From Trichoplax adhaerens (taxonomy: Eukaryota > Animalia > Placozoa), in contig NW_002060949.1 of NCBI RefSeq assembly GCF_000150275.1, forward strand, positions 1,795,836 to 1,859,835: a DNA stretch of 64,000 bases, given 5' to 3'. Under the pieces are notes generated by a model that saw nothing but the letters and a program-made list of their open reading frames with translations, did no database searches and was not told the DNA's origin. Positions 29,806 to 52,805 of this stretch are shown piece after piece; positions within the stretch are counted from its first letter, which is position 1, and the number at the start of each line of letters is the position of its first letter. Both the position numbers and the translations under genes were made by a program.

Positions 29806-32234
29806 GGAGCAAATCATTCATATCTAATTGCTTTCGTGATGAATTGATTAGCGTATAATAAAATTAAACGTAATATTCATTAAATAAATTCATCTCATTA
29901 AATTATCGTAATATGCTTATTATCGGCAAGATTATTTTTTTGCTATTGGTTTTTATAGCATAATTCCTTGTGATTGATTTCTATGATCTAATCCACCTCC
30001 TAGTTTTTGCAACGATTATTCAACATTTATATGCTATACATTAATCACCTTCATAGTTAATAGTGATAGTTGATAATATGCGTAGAGTACAAATAATGAA
30101 CTTGCCAGGAGTTTATGGCCATGTATACCGATGCAGTAGATGCCTTGGTCTATATCTCAATGTACAAAACGTATTCTACATATATCGTTTGCTACTAAAT
30201 ACTGAAGACATCATGAGCAAGCGAGAAGTTAAAATAGCTCTAGTGAACTTTTAACGTAATCTAAATTTATGTTTTATTATACTACAGTCGGTATCAGATG
30301 TCGCCCATTCTAATGTTTTAGCCTTCTAACCTAATCGCTATTATGCGAATATTGGATAGTATATATATATATATAATTAGGTCGCGTAAAACCGTTTGCT
30401 TTCTAGATTAACTGAAGTCACTACAATGCTCTTTATCAGATCGAAATTCTATAGAAAGTAATCAAGAGCTCATCATTCCTATGCTATTATGGCGATATTG
30501 ATAGATCTAATTTAGAAAAACCTTAAATACTATCTAAAGTTATTATGCTTGTTTAATTATTTTCTCTGGTTAATTATGAAAGAAATCAGAACCGTTTGTC
30601 TTTATAATTAGGCAGCACTAGTTGCATATGATACTAATATGCGCTATTGATCCTAAACTGGCCATAGATAATACCTTATAGGTCTAATACTAAAATATTG
30701 CAAGTATGCAAAGCTGTAATAATAGAGTAAATAATTAAATGTAAGAACATCTCTGTATCAGTGTTTATCTCCAGGGGAAAGTTGTACTTTTACAATTGAT
30801 AGCACTTTGAGATGATTTAAAAAAATTGATTCAACAAGCGCGTCATATTAAGCTGAGCGTTTACATTTGGATTTCGTTAAAATTGGCTTTAAGCATGCAT
30901 TTTTTTTGTAGATCTATATTACACTCCTTGAATTTATTCTTGTTAATTAAAATATGAAAATAATTATATATATAATGATTGTTTTGTTGCATGATTATAT
31001 TATACTAAATTTTCAAAAGTTCTCTACAAATTAGATGTTGCCGTATCTAGTGATTATTGTGATATCAAAATAATCAATAGCATAAGATCTGTGAAGCATA
31101 TTGACTAGTAATAATGTCAATATTTGAATATCATATAAACGCATTGCTTAAATAAAAATTTGATTGCATTTTTGTTTTACTGTGACTAATAATTTTCCGA
31201 AAGATGATTATTCCTGACATATGCGATATTGCTAGATCCCATCACACTTCTTAAATGACGATGAATCTTATAAAAAACTAATAAAACTAAAACTACCGTG
31301 CAAATTTATGCAAAATGCACTAGTATAGTCAAATTGTACAATGCTACTTTTAAATTTAGGTATTAAATCTAATTCCGAAATTGCAATGAATAGCTACAAT
31401 TAGATAAGCCGTAGTACTTCTTACCTTATGATTTCAATTTTGTAACGGGAAATTGTTATAAATTTTTGCCATACTAAATATTATGATATCGTTCTGTATA
31501 CGCAATAGGAAATTCTTACTTTTGATCATCTTTCGCTATAATTAATTTCTGAGGTGATCGGTTAGGTTATGCTATGTTAAATGTGATGATAATACAACAT
31601 ATAGTCTGCCCAATTAGCTTAAGCTAAACAAGAAGTTTTAATGCTTTAGTTCTTACAATGGTAAAATAAAATCTTTCAAGTACAGATTTACATTGATAGC
31701 ATCCTGCCCTTGTACTTGTATCAGAGTAATGCTAGAACAGTAAAAGGCGTCTCAGTTGTTTATAATTTATAATAAAACAACATTTTTACATAGCTACATA
31801 TACCTTTACATGCTTTTATATATCTGTTTAAAGAATATCATTTAATATATCTTAATTTGTAGATAAATGCAGAAGCTGATGAACCAGTTAGCAAAATAAT
31901 CTATAAATACTGCTACAACCAAGGTTACAGCACAAGATTCCGGTAATTTATGGTTCACTATAATGTAAAAGGTTACATACCATCCTATTTCATCTAGCAA
32001 AATCAATACTTCATTAGTCCATGGTCATATACTGTAACACTGTCTACGCGTATTTACAGGTTGCTGCTTTTTATAACGTCAAGTAATGTAATATTGACGT
32101 CAACATGCGCGCAATGTAGCAACGTCAGCGATACGAAATTTCGATAATTACAATGATTTAGATTAGAACACTGTCTCTATAATATCCAATTTATATGCTG
32201 CAATTCTATGTTCTTATAAATGTAGATATTAAAT

Positions 32235-39145
<6,911 letters not shown>

Positions 39146-40692
39146 GTTGGAAAGCTTGTCTTGGTCTTGTCTAGGCTTGCAAGTGGAATGGCTGCAAGCG
39201 AGAGCCTTGACTGCCTATACATACTACAGTCAGATCTTCTTCTCACTTGTATGGCATCACAAGGTGCGCATACTACTGAGGCATGAGACTGAGTAGTATG
39301 GACCAAAAAGAATGTCACGTATAGAGAGGTAGCATAGTACAATAGCCAGTACTGTAGGCCTACACAAGTGACATTACTTTTGCTAGCCAACTGTCCAGTC
39401 AATCGTGCTGTTACACCATAAATAACTTAATACAGTTATGGCTTAATATGCAATTCAATATCGGCATTCATATTGGAAAGCTTGTTTTGGTCTTGTTTAG
39501 GCCTGCAAGTGGAATGGCTGCAAGCGAGAGCCTTGACAGCCTATACATACTACAGCAGATCTTCTTCTCACTTATATGGCATCACAAGGTGTGCATACTA
39601 CTGAGTAGTATGGACCAAAAAGAATGTCACGTATAGAGAGGTAGCATAGTAGTACAATAGCCAGTACTGTAGGCCTATACAAGTGACATTACTTTTGCTA
39701 GCCAACTGTCCAGTCAATCGTGCTATTACACCATAAATAACTTAATACAGTTATGGCTTAATATGCAATTCAATATCGGCATTCATGTTGGATAGCTTGT
39801 CTTGGTCTTGTTTAGGCTTGCAAGTGGAATGGCTGCAAGCGAGAGCCTTGACTGCCTATACTGGCTATACATACTGTACTACAGCAGATCTTCTTCTCAC
39901 TTATATGGCATCACAAGGTGTGCATACTACTGAGTAGTATGGACCAAAAAGAATGTCACGTATAGAGAGGTAGCATAGTACAATAGCCAGTACTGTAGGC
40001 CTATACAAGTGACATTACTTTTGCTAGCCAATTGTCCAGTCGCGGATACTGTCAAATTACTGCTCCAAACTATACTGTAGACTACAGTAAAACTGTAGAA
40101 GGAATCATGACTTGATGAATTTGACTGATTATTGGGCAAGAAAAAATGGTGTTCGTAGTCATTGGGTACATTGAGCAAAAAGGTAATCAATCGCTAACGG
40201 TGGCATCATTTTTTATACAAGCTCTTGTCAACTACTGGTAATAATGCTGGTAGTGTGCAAAGTTATTGTCATCCCTTGCTTCCAAATGGAAAAGACTAAA
40301 ATTACTGTAGTAATAACGGAGACAAATTTTGGATTTAGCAACAGGCAGCAGTATCACCTGAAAGACGAAATAGGGTGACAATATTTATGCAAGCCTATCA
40401 CGTATCTCAGCCTAGCATACGGTACAGTATGGGATTGCTCTACTGCATGTGACAGTGGATTGCACTTACTACTACAAAAGTGTACAACAAAACTCCTTGA
40501 TCATGATAGATATATAATTACTTAAATATGGCCAAGCGCCAGGTTGGCCTAATTTCTGCATTATTGTTTCAATCTGTATTTATATCATTATATGTATAGT
40601 AGTAGAGGAAGGCAGAGGTTGAATGATGTAGCTTCAATTTATAAAAGTAACTGCTCCAGAATAATATTATTCGTCAAGATCAAGATGACGCT

Positions 40693-40908
40693 AAGGATAG
40701 CCCTACAGCATGTCGATGTATATATACGCGTATATATATATATGTATTCAAAGATAGCCCTAAGTCTCGAGGACAAAATCATTCTTAGGAATGGCCGTAA
40801 CATACTATTACGCCCAAAACCCGATATTCGGCCAATACGCGTATTTATATATCCAAGGATAGCCCTACAGCATGTCCATGTATATACGCGTATATATATA
40901 TATATATA
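40693..40908. repeat. ~50 bp direct repeat ending in (TA)n
   Basis: AAGGATAGCCCTACAGCATGTCsATGTATATA(TA)CGCGTATATATA at 40693 and 40855. Confidence 0.85.
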
Positions 40909-41834
40909 ACACACCTATGGCTAAAAGTTATTGTTGGAACTCCCTCAATTTTGAGTATAGGAACATTTCCGAGATTTTTATTCACTTCGTTATGACAGAA
41001 AATGTCAACTTTCGCAAGCAGCCATATAGATTTTAAAGATGAAAGCTACACCGTTGAAAATATCATTGCCCACAGCATGTGAAGATATAAATAAGGCCAT
41101 TGTTATTCGTAAGATGTAAACGCTTTAATTGGGCATTGGTAAACTTCAGGGGTTAATCAATACATGCTCGCACAGTATGTAAGTTAATGAATTAATCAAG
41201 CAGCTTATACAATGATGAGTATAGGAATTGTCTATTCCAGGTACTGTACTGTATTTTACTAACTCTGACATTACCTCAATCTGACTGATGCAAATATTAC
41301 AGATTCATTTTTTTAAATTACATAACCAAGAGTGCTCAAGCAAAAACAATACCCCATTGAGGAAAGGAATTACGGACCTAATCTTTTTATTACCGATTTT
41401 TAACCATTTATTACTATACCTTGCACACAAGTACCAACTACGTAAATCAGAGTAGGAAACTTCACCTAATGTCAATTTCACATAATTAAAACTTGCTTAT
41501 CAAACAAAGTGTTACCCTTCAATTCAAAATAACTACTACAATACATAAAAAATTCTAAAATGCTATCATGCAGAGTACACCTTGGTAGCTCTGAGCATTG
41601 TTATTGAGACTTTTCTAACGTAAATCTCTTACGTGATTGACGGATAATGAAGTTTATCTAATAACTTTTATATTATTTACGAAATTATTGAGCTATTCCA
41701 ACAAACAAATATAACGTATTTATCTCCAACCAATACTCTTTTACTACTATCTCATCACAAATCCTATAACAGTGCTTGAAATAAATAACATCAGTACAAA
41801 GAAGCAATACGTAACATTTCTGTTCTCTTTCGCA

Positions 41835-45283
<3,449 letters not shown>

Positions 45284-45609
45284 GTAACACCAAAGAGATG
45301 CAATGATAATGAATTTTATCCCAAGGATAATTTTGCAATAATTACTGATGGAGGTTTTCTCAAGAAGCGGAATACGAGTTATTACTCGTGTTACTTGGAT
45401 TCTGATCCAGAGTTCATATGTCGGATGTCAGTACTGTTATATATATATATATATGACATATATACGTATACGTAGGCTATACAATACTGCTTAAACTAAG
45501 TGTCCAGGAGTCCAGTACTTCTCTGAGGGCAGCAATACACTACAGTACCGTACTGTGTACAATTTCGACTGGATTATAACATACATAAATTTCAATATTA
45601 AATATTTCC

Positions 45610-45856
45610 CAACAGCTTCACGATTTAGTGTTTATTAGGAGCAGTCTCCTCTTGTTCATTCTGAAGGAACTCTATTTGCTAAAAGTGGCCTATCTCCGTT
45701 TTAAATTACTGATCCAACGCTATTTTGCAGGCCATTTTTATAAACGGTGTTGGATCAGTATTTGAAACGGCGACAGTTGACTTTTAGTAAATAGAATTCC
45801 TTAAGAATTTATATTAGGAGACTACCACTTATATACATTAAGTCGTAAAGCTGTTG
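45610..45856. repeat. Long imperfect inverted repeat (fold-back), ~247 bp
   Basis: The left arm CAACAGCTTCACGATTTAG...AAGGAACTCTATTTGCTAAAAGT...TACTGATCCAAC pairs with the right arm GTTGGATCAGTA...ACTTTTAGTAAATAGAATTCCTT...AAGTCGTAAAGCTGTTG. Confidence 0.85.
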
Positions 45857-47607
45857 TGAGCTTACTCTTTTCAAAACTTAGATTTATTAATGCAGTCTAC
45901 TGAGTGTACATTACATGCGAGTATTTCTCTAGTTATCCTCCGATCAGCACTTTTATTAGAAGAAAGGACAGTACGTACAGTAGTAGACAACTACAGAAGT
46001 AGGTTTCTTCGAGTGCATGGTTGTCATTTGCAATCAGACTGCGTTATGGGATTTTCTAGGGGAATTCATCGAAGTACTCCGGCTATTATTCTCGGAATTA
46101 AAGATGTCCCAATATGCTTATTGAAATGGGATTACCTTTATTGATTATCCTTACAACGATTGCAAACATCCTTACATGCTTGAACTTCCTTTATGAGGTG
46201 TATCTTGCTGATTAGCAGAATCACAACAATTTACCTTACTTTGCCAATCCGTGTTGCAAGTATGAATCTCTAGATCTCTCCGCTGTATGATCAAGTTATC
46301 AGCTATAACTTACTAAGTTGCAAGTTTGCTTAAAGGACAGGCGATTCGCTACTAATGTATAGTACTTTATTGATAATAATTGACAAATAACATACAGATA
46401 AACATTCAGTAGGCCGCAATTCATTACCCTAGAGTGAGAAGATTAATAACGCTGTATGTAAACGACAGCTGTATGTGGTTATAGGGTATTTCTTACCAGG
46501 GACTTTTAAAAATTAAAAGAGGAGAGAAAAGTCCCTGACCATACCATCGCACCCGTTTACTGCTTTTATGTTTCGTACACTTCCATCTTGTAGTGCAGTG
46601 CTGTAAAATATCACATCCACCAACTCGGATATCCGATGTGTTTTTATACGTTTACTTATATATATACTCTAAAACAGAATACTATGTCGGTACGTCTTGC
46701 ATTGTGTCTAAGGTGAAATCAGAGCCTTTACAGTTGATCCTCGATTATAAATACGACTACTACTCGTACAATTTGCAGGAATCTTGATAGTTTCCTGCGA
46801 AAAAAAATTGGAACTTGGGGTTTCGGTCAAAATCAGACAATATTTACCATAAAGAATACCGTAGTTAAAGTGAATTCGGAATTTACAGCCAGAAAAATAA
46901 ATAAAACTGTATATTCGGTCGTAATTCAGTTTAATAGGACTGCAATGTAACACCCATAATATCCAGTGCTTTATCTTAATACAGAAGAAATAAATGCGAT
47001 ACATTACAGTTACACCTGTTCAATGTCAGTATTACAGTGCTAACTCAGCTACCGACCGCTTTGCTGGCTGTTTGTTCGATACTTAGTATACAGTAACATG
47101 CTATACAGATATCATCACCTTAAGTTCATGTAAAGTACTTTGTTCCGCAGTTCATGCACCCACAGTGAGTCTATAATAATGATGAATAAATATCGATGCT
47201 AAATGCTGCTAGTATTGTACACCTAGCAGTTACGGTTTTCTGTTGTGCTTCCGTGTCGAGACCCTACAGAAACTCAACTGATACTTCAAGAAATACCTTC
47301 CAAATCACAATTCAGACAGCGTTTCATTTTCTAAACGCATCATAACAGCGTTGTATGTCTTACGAGTACTTCATATTCTAAAATTTCGGTATAATTGCTG
47401 TACAGAACCGTAACATTTTTTTATTTGGAAATGATATAATCATTTTTGAAATGTAACATGAAGACATTGCATTAAATGCAAACATGATACAAATACAAAT
47501 TCGATAATCAAACTTCAAAAACGACTGATAATCACATTTACGTAACGTTTCCCATAGAAACAACCAGTCTAAAACACGCGAAACATCTATCTCATCGCAA
47601 CAAGATA

Positions 47608-49860
47608 TTACTCAAGTAAATATTTTACTGATTTGGGAGTAGATTCATCCCCATAGTGTACCGTTGAAAATCTAAAATGAAATGACACAACAAAACTCAG
47701 CAATACCAAAATATAACTAATCTCCTAGCACTAAGATAATATCATGAAAGCCTATAGTGTAGTGGCACAAATTTTTTTGGTATCGATACGTTAGTTAACA
47801 TGAATCACCGTCAGTAACTAACGCTTCCTTCATTGCACATTAATTAATCCACAGCAATTCATTCTAATTTATATGCCACGCTTACCTTAAAGCATCAAGT
47901 AGATGTTGCTTATTGTTTAAATTGTTACTTTTAATCACCTTGATAGCGCCTGTAACCTGATATTCCGTCAACATATCAACAACCCAGATAGATTAATAAA
48001 ACTATGTTATTAAACTAGAATCATTCCAGGTAAGGAATTTAAGAAATTGATCACAATGCAAATTACATCTATATCAGATTTTTTCGAAAAGGCTCCAAAT
48101 GGATGAACGTGATCATACAGAATTATGACACCAACCTATAAGACAGATTTTAAGGTTTATAAATAGTTACTAACGACTTGCAATTTGTTGTTGAATTTTA
48201 TTACTAAATATGATTACCATGACGCAAATAGAGAATTGAATTTCACTTTCACTTGTAAAATTTGAGGAATATTTTCTATAGCGAATAAAGTTATTTTAAC
48301 TACTAGAATAAATCGTTCGAATAATGTTTCTATTTTTACTATCTTTCACTCAGAGCATTGTCTCAAGTAACCATTGCGAATTAAATTCACTTACGGATTA
48401 CTTATCATGTTCTTTAAAGTATTAGCCAAAGTACTAAGATAGAGTGTTGTATTTTCTATAGGGATGGATTGGTTCTATAGTTAAATTACGAGAGATTTTA
48501 TATTAAATGATGATTATCGTCACAGTACATTAGTTTACTAAGTCACAGATGTTAAAATAGAATTACAAATTACTCGTTCGCGTTATATGATTACTAACCT
48601 CAGCTACAAATTTTGTTGTCGCGTTACTTAACATCTTCAACATTGGAGTTGGACTTGCATAAAATAAAGACATTCTGTTTGCAGTATCCATTGACATTTC
48701 AACGGTTTCTTCCTAATGATTAAATAAGGATAGACAGAGTTTCTAGTACTAATATTTACATTTACGAATACACTAAAATAAATACTTCTACTGAAGTATT
48801 TACGCTTTTATACAGACATGATATTCCTGAACCATCTTCTGTAGCATCCTTCTAAAATAACTAAAGTCATTTTGTATTGCTGGATTCTTCATCTACCATC
48901 ATTGATCAGTTAACACTTTAGTAGATGTCATCATAGGATACCGCATTAGGTCAAAGAAAGTAGCATGATGTTTTTAATAATAGGAAGTTATTTTACCTTT
49001 AGTCGATCAAATATCAGAGTAAAATGCAAAACTTCTGCAAATTGCTTGATCAGAGCCTGTATAATTTCGATTACGGTAAGTCGTAAGTATGATATGTGAG
49101 CAATATGAGAGCTTTATTCTAAAATTACCAAACGATAACAGTAAAGAAATGTACTCGTATAAATTAATGTAAAAATACAGATTTAGATCCTCAAACCATT
49201 TATTTAGATTAGTATTCAGGTTCACCTGCTGACTCTGGCAATGCTCTATGGGCGTACGTGGTCCACTGCATAAGGGATACAGTAATTGTGGAACAATATT
49301 CTCTAAGCGGTAATATTAGTAAATATATCATATCATATATAAATTGAAACACCAACATGTCCTATTCCTAATTGGATGTATGCTTATATGTATTATACGA
49401 GTATATATATATATGCGTACAGATTATAGTGTAACTCCGTGCAACGAATGCAAATTTGACACAAGCCTACCGATTTCTTGTGAATATTCATATAATCTTT
49501 TTAAAACTGTAACAAATTTGCAGACTTCTCGCCAAGTCTGCCGTTGCTGATAGTCATTATTGGGCTGCGAGATCGCATCTCGAATCTCTTCAGTCGCCCC
49601 TTTATAAGATTCGAGGTCATTAACCATTTGTGACGAATGTTCCAGAACACCATTGACTACATTATATGCAGTTTGATCTTCGTCGTCGGGTAAAGCATCT
49701 TGAACAGTTAACCAAATATAAAAAAGTGCTGTCCGTACTCAATCAAAAATGAACATGAAATACCTGTTGATTGCTTACTTTGGATATCGATGAATAAATC
49801 ATGGTTAGAACCGCTGCTGTCACAGCTGCTTTGAAAGAAAATTCGTAAAATGTTTCCCAT
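47608..49860 (-). CDS. FAM49: CYFIP-related Rac1 interactor (CYRI/FAM49), multi-exon
   Basis: Starts MGNILRIF (myristoylation-type MG). Contains [54 protein letters not shown] (Rac-binding RR retained), [19 protein letters not shown] and [20 protein letters not shown]. Last exon ends [20 protein letters not shown] (stop 47608-47610). An acceptor (tttcag|GT ATG) just before the ATG implies an upstream non-coding exon. Confidence 0.95.
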
Positions 49861-52805
49861 ACCTGAAATCTAAGTACATTATACGTATAATGCCTTATCT
49901 AAATGAATACAGAGTGCTTTACATTCATGAATAGAGATAAGTTAGTGTACAGTTCACAATAAAGTATTCTAAAAAATAATTCTTTAGAAAGGTTGTTAGG
50001 AGTGAAAGGGAAGTTGTTTTACTTGAAACAAGCCTATTAAATGAGCAGTATAATGCTGTAGTTTCTACCCCAATTTACATTTTAGCATATTATTGATTAC
50101 TGTAATAGTACAAATGAAGATATGGTCTACGCCTTTGCTCATATATCTCAAATTTGGCTCCGTTTAGAAATAGAAGTTTCAAGATCTTCCATCGTAACCG
50201 TAGGTAAAGCTAAAAATATTCCATTTTTATAGTCTATTGTGAATAAGTATAACTTTGTTGAGTGCAGATGGCTGCCTGGAATACTGTGATCAAATAAAAA
50301 TCAATAGCAGACAGAAAAGCTCTCTGAATACACAGCTCATACCACGATTAACTGCGGTAATGCAAATACTCCTACGAGGCAACATAGCGAACGGAATATA
50401 CCATCGAATCTGATAGTATTTGATTTTTAAATAAAGTCAATGATGGATAGGTGAGTTTCATAGGTACCCCCAATTTACTTCAATACTTATAAGTGTCATT
50501 TATTTGCAAAATAAACTACGAGTTAATCAGTAATGTGTTATGCGCACATCAATAAATGATGCTAGTGTAGTAGCGCATCTGGTACATGAAAATTTCAATG
50601 ATTTTGTATGTAAATTTTGAAATTACATACTGAATATGAAAAAATTTTGGGTCTGGATATATATTGTACGACTACACGCTCAACGTACCTAGAACATGTT
50701 GTAATATAATCGATATTACTGGCAATCGCTCCAATTTTTCGACATTTAATGGTAATGATTCTCAGGTTTACCCGTAAAATACTGCACGTATTCTTTCGAT
50801 ATCAAAAATGGAGCAATTGCTAGGCTAAAGAATTCAAAGTACATGACAAAAAATCATTTGTCAATCCCAAAATAAGAAAAGTACACATTCCGTACGATAA
50901 TTATTAAGCAAACAATATCGTAAAACAAACTAATACTTTAGACATATTACAATAGCAAACACGACAAATCCTTAACATCGATGTTCTTGGTGGGTAAAGT
51001 ATTGTCAATTGCTCCCAAGTTTGAGCAGCAATGCCGCAAAAACTTGCGTACAGTATTCTATCATAAATGATAGCTGCTAAAATGTAGCATGAAATCAGTC
51101 AATGGACGAATTGTAAACTAAATTGAATTCTTTTCAAGGCAGTATATGATTGTAATTTAACTTTGAAATATTCCATCGTAACGAAAAGAATTGAAATACT
51201 GTAACAGCAGGAATTTGGGAGAAAACTTTACTCTAATAAACGATACTGCTAGCTGTACAACTCGGCAATATTTACAGTATAGTACAGTACATGCATTGCA
51301 GTAATCAATCTCCGCATGAGGTATAAACATTCAACATTCTATGCGAACAAATGTAGCCTTGTACAATAAATATTTCATCATTGCTTTTAATGGACAATGT
51401 CAAAGTAATGCAAATAGTAATACTACCAGCAATGCATTAGCTATCAGTCAATGTCATCAATCTGTCCAATATCCAATTACCGTAGTCAAGACTGACATGA
51501 TAAACTTGCGTCTAACAATCTTTCACCGCCAATGGCCAAGCAACATTTGCAATACAAATGACGGTCAATGTAATGTAATTGTCTTCCTCTCATGCGTGAA
51601 AAATGGCAGTGCTGCTGTCAATATGTAGAGATAGAAGCTTCTAGTCGGCAATATCGATTTAGGGTATTATGGAATGATTATACATAGCTCAAGGCACTCG
51701 TATAAGATTGAAAATGGATGCATGATTTTCTTCGACCACTATTAATGAAAAGGTAGAACTCACGACAGTGAGTCCATTATGGTCACTTTATTACCACGAG
51801 TATCTCCTCTATTCTACCCATTTATAACAAAATGAAATGGATACCAAGTGGCAAACATTGCATGAAGTATATCTGAAATAAAATGTCATGTATAAAGGCA
51901 AAAAGAAATGATCCATGATTGGATTAATGATATTTTATCATCTCTCAAACTGCAGTTAATCATCGTTTAGCAAGTTTTCTGTCAAGAGTGAAATGATTGC
52001 ATCTTGACTCTATACAGTCCAGTACTGTCGATATGTTCAGCCCTATAGTGTACACTTTACTGTGCATTGCGTATGACTATTCAAGCCGTGGAAGAGCTAT
52101 CGCGCTGCCTACTACAGTACTTCTTCTTGAACGTGTTCGTAAAACGAATATCGAATATGTCAGTGTGATTCTTTTCTTCACTCAGAAGCGACTAATAGTA
52201 AAAGAAATGGCGATTGCGTTCTCCCCCCCCCCCCAAAAAAAATGGACACACGACCGTCTTGCTTTGAGCCAACGACAAGCAAAGGGACTCGTATAAAAGC
52301 CCCTGGCTGCAGACCCCCTTGTACGGGTACGTCAGTACTAAAGAATGCACCATTGGACATACCTATCTACGCTATTTCGATACCATTTGTAAAAGTGAGC
52401 ATAAAAACAGAGTGTCGACAGTGATGGAAATTGTTAATTGAAGATAGTACACACTACTGTATCTTATGGTTAAGTAAAGTTGCCAAAAGCAAAAGCTTAT
52501 AATTCTATCATGATTGATGAATAAGATTGGAAAATATCTCCGAGGTAATTAACTTCCATTGAACAATACTTACCATTCACCAAATATGGTAATACACCGG
52601 GGTGTCACTGCTGGAAAATGCACGCAATTGAAAAATTTCGATACTGTACTTGTGCTGTAGTACAGGTCAACAGGTTGGGGGGGGGGGGGTGTACAATACC
52701 GGCGGTCAGGCGATATCCAACAGTATTGACGCCGTACCGCGCTGTACAGTGTCCACTGTACATAGTACTGTGGCTCTTTACGGTCAAAGTCGCATGGAGT
52801 ACAGT

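Noticed and set aside
31840-31985. Possible two-exon micro-ORF on the minus strand (M|IILLTGSSASAFIYKLRYIK)
   Set aside because: Splice-like signals of this quality arise by chance, and there is no supporting homology.
39448-39636. ORF MQFNIGIHIGKLV resembling the nucleotide-cyclase IGIH.G motif
   Set aside because: It is the antisense reading of the duplicated FAM91A1 exon 1, and no other cyclase motifs follow.
46497-46537. CAGGGACTTTT...AAAAGTCCCTG hairpin as a Helitron end or terminator
   Set aside because: No CTRR terminus at the expected spacing, and bacterial-type terminators do not apply.
51341-51628. 95-aa ORF or degenerate membrane-protein pseudogene on the opposite strand
   Set aside because: No recognisable motif, and the opposite strand has many stops.
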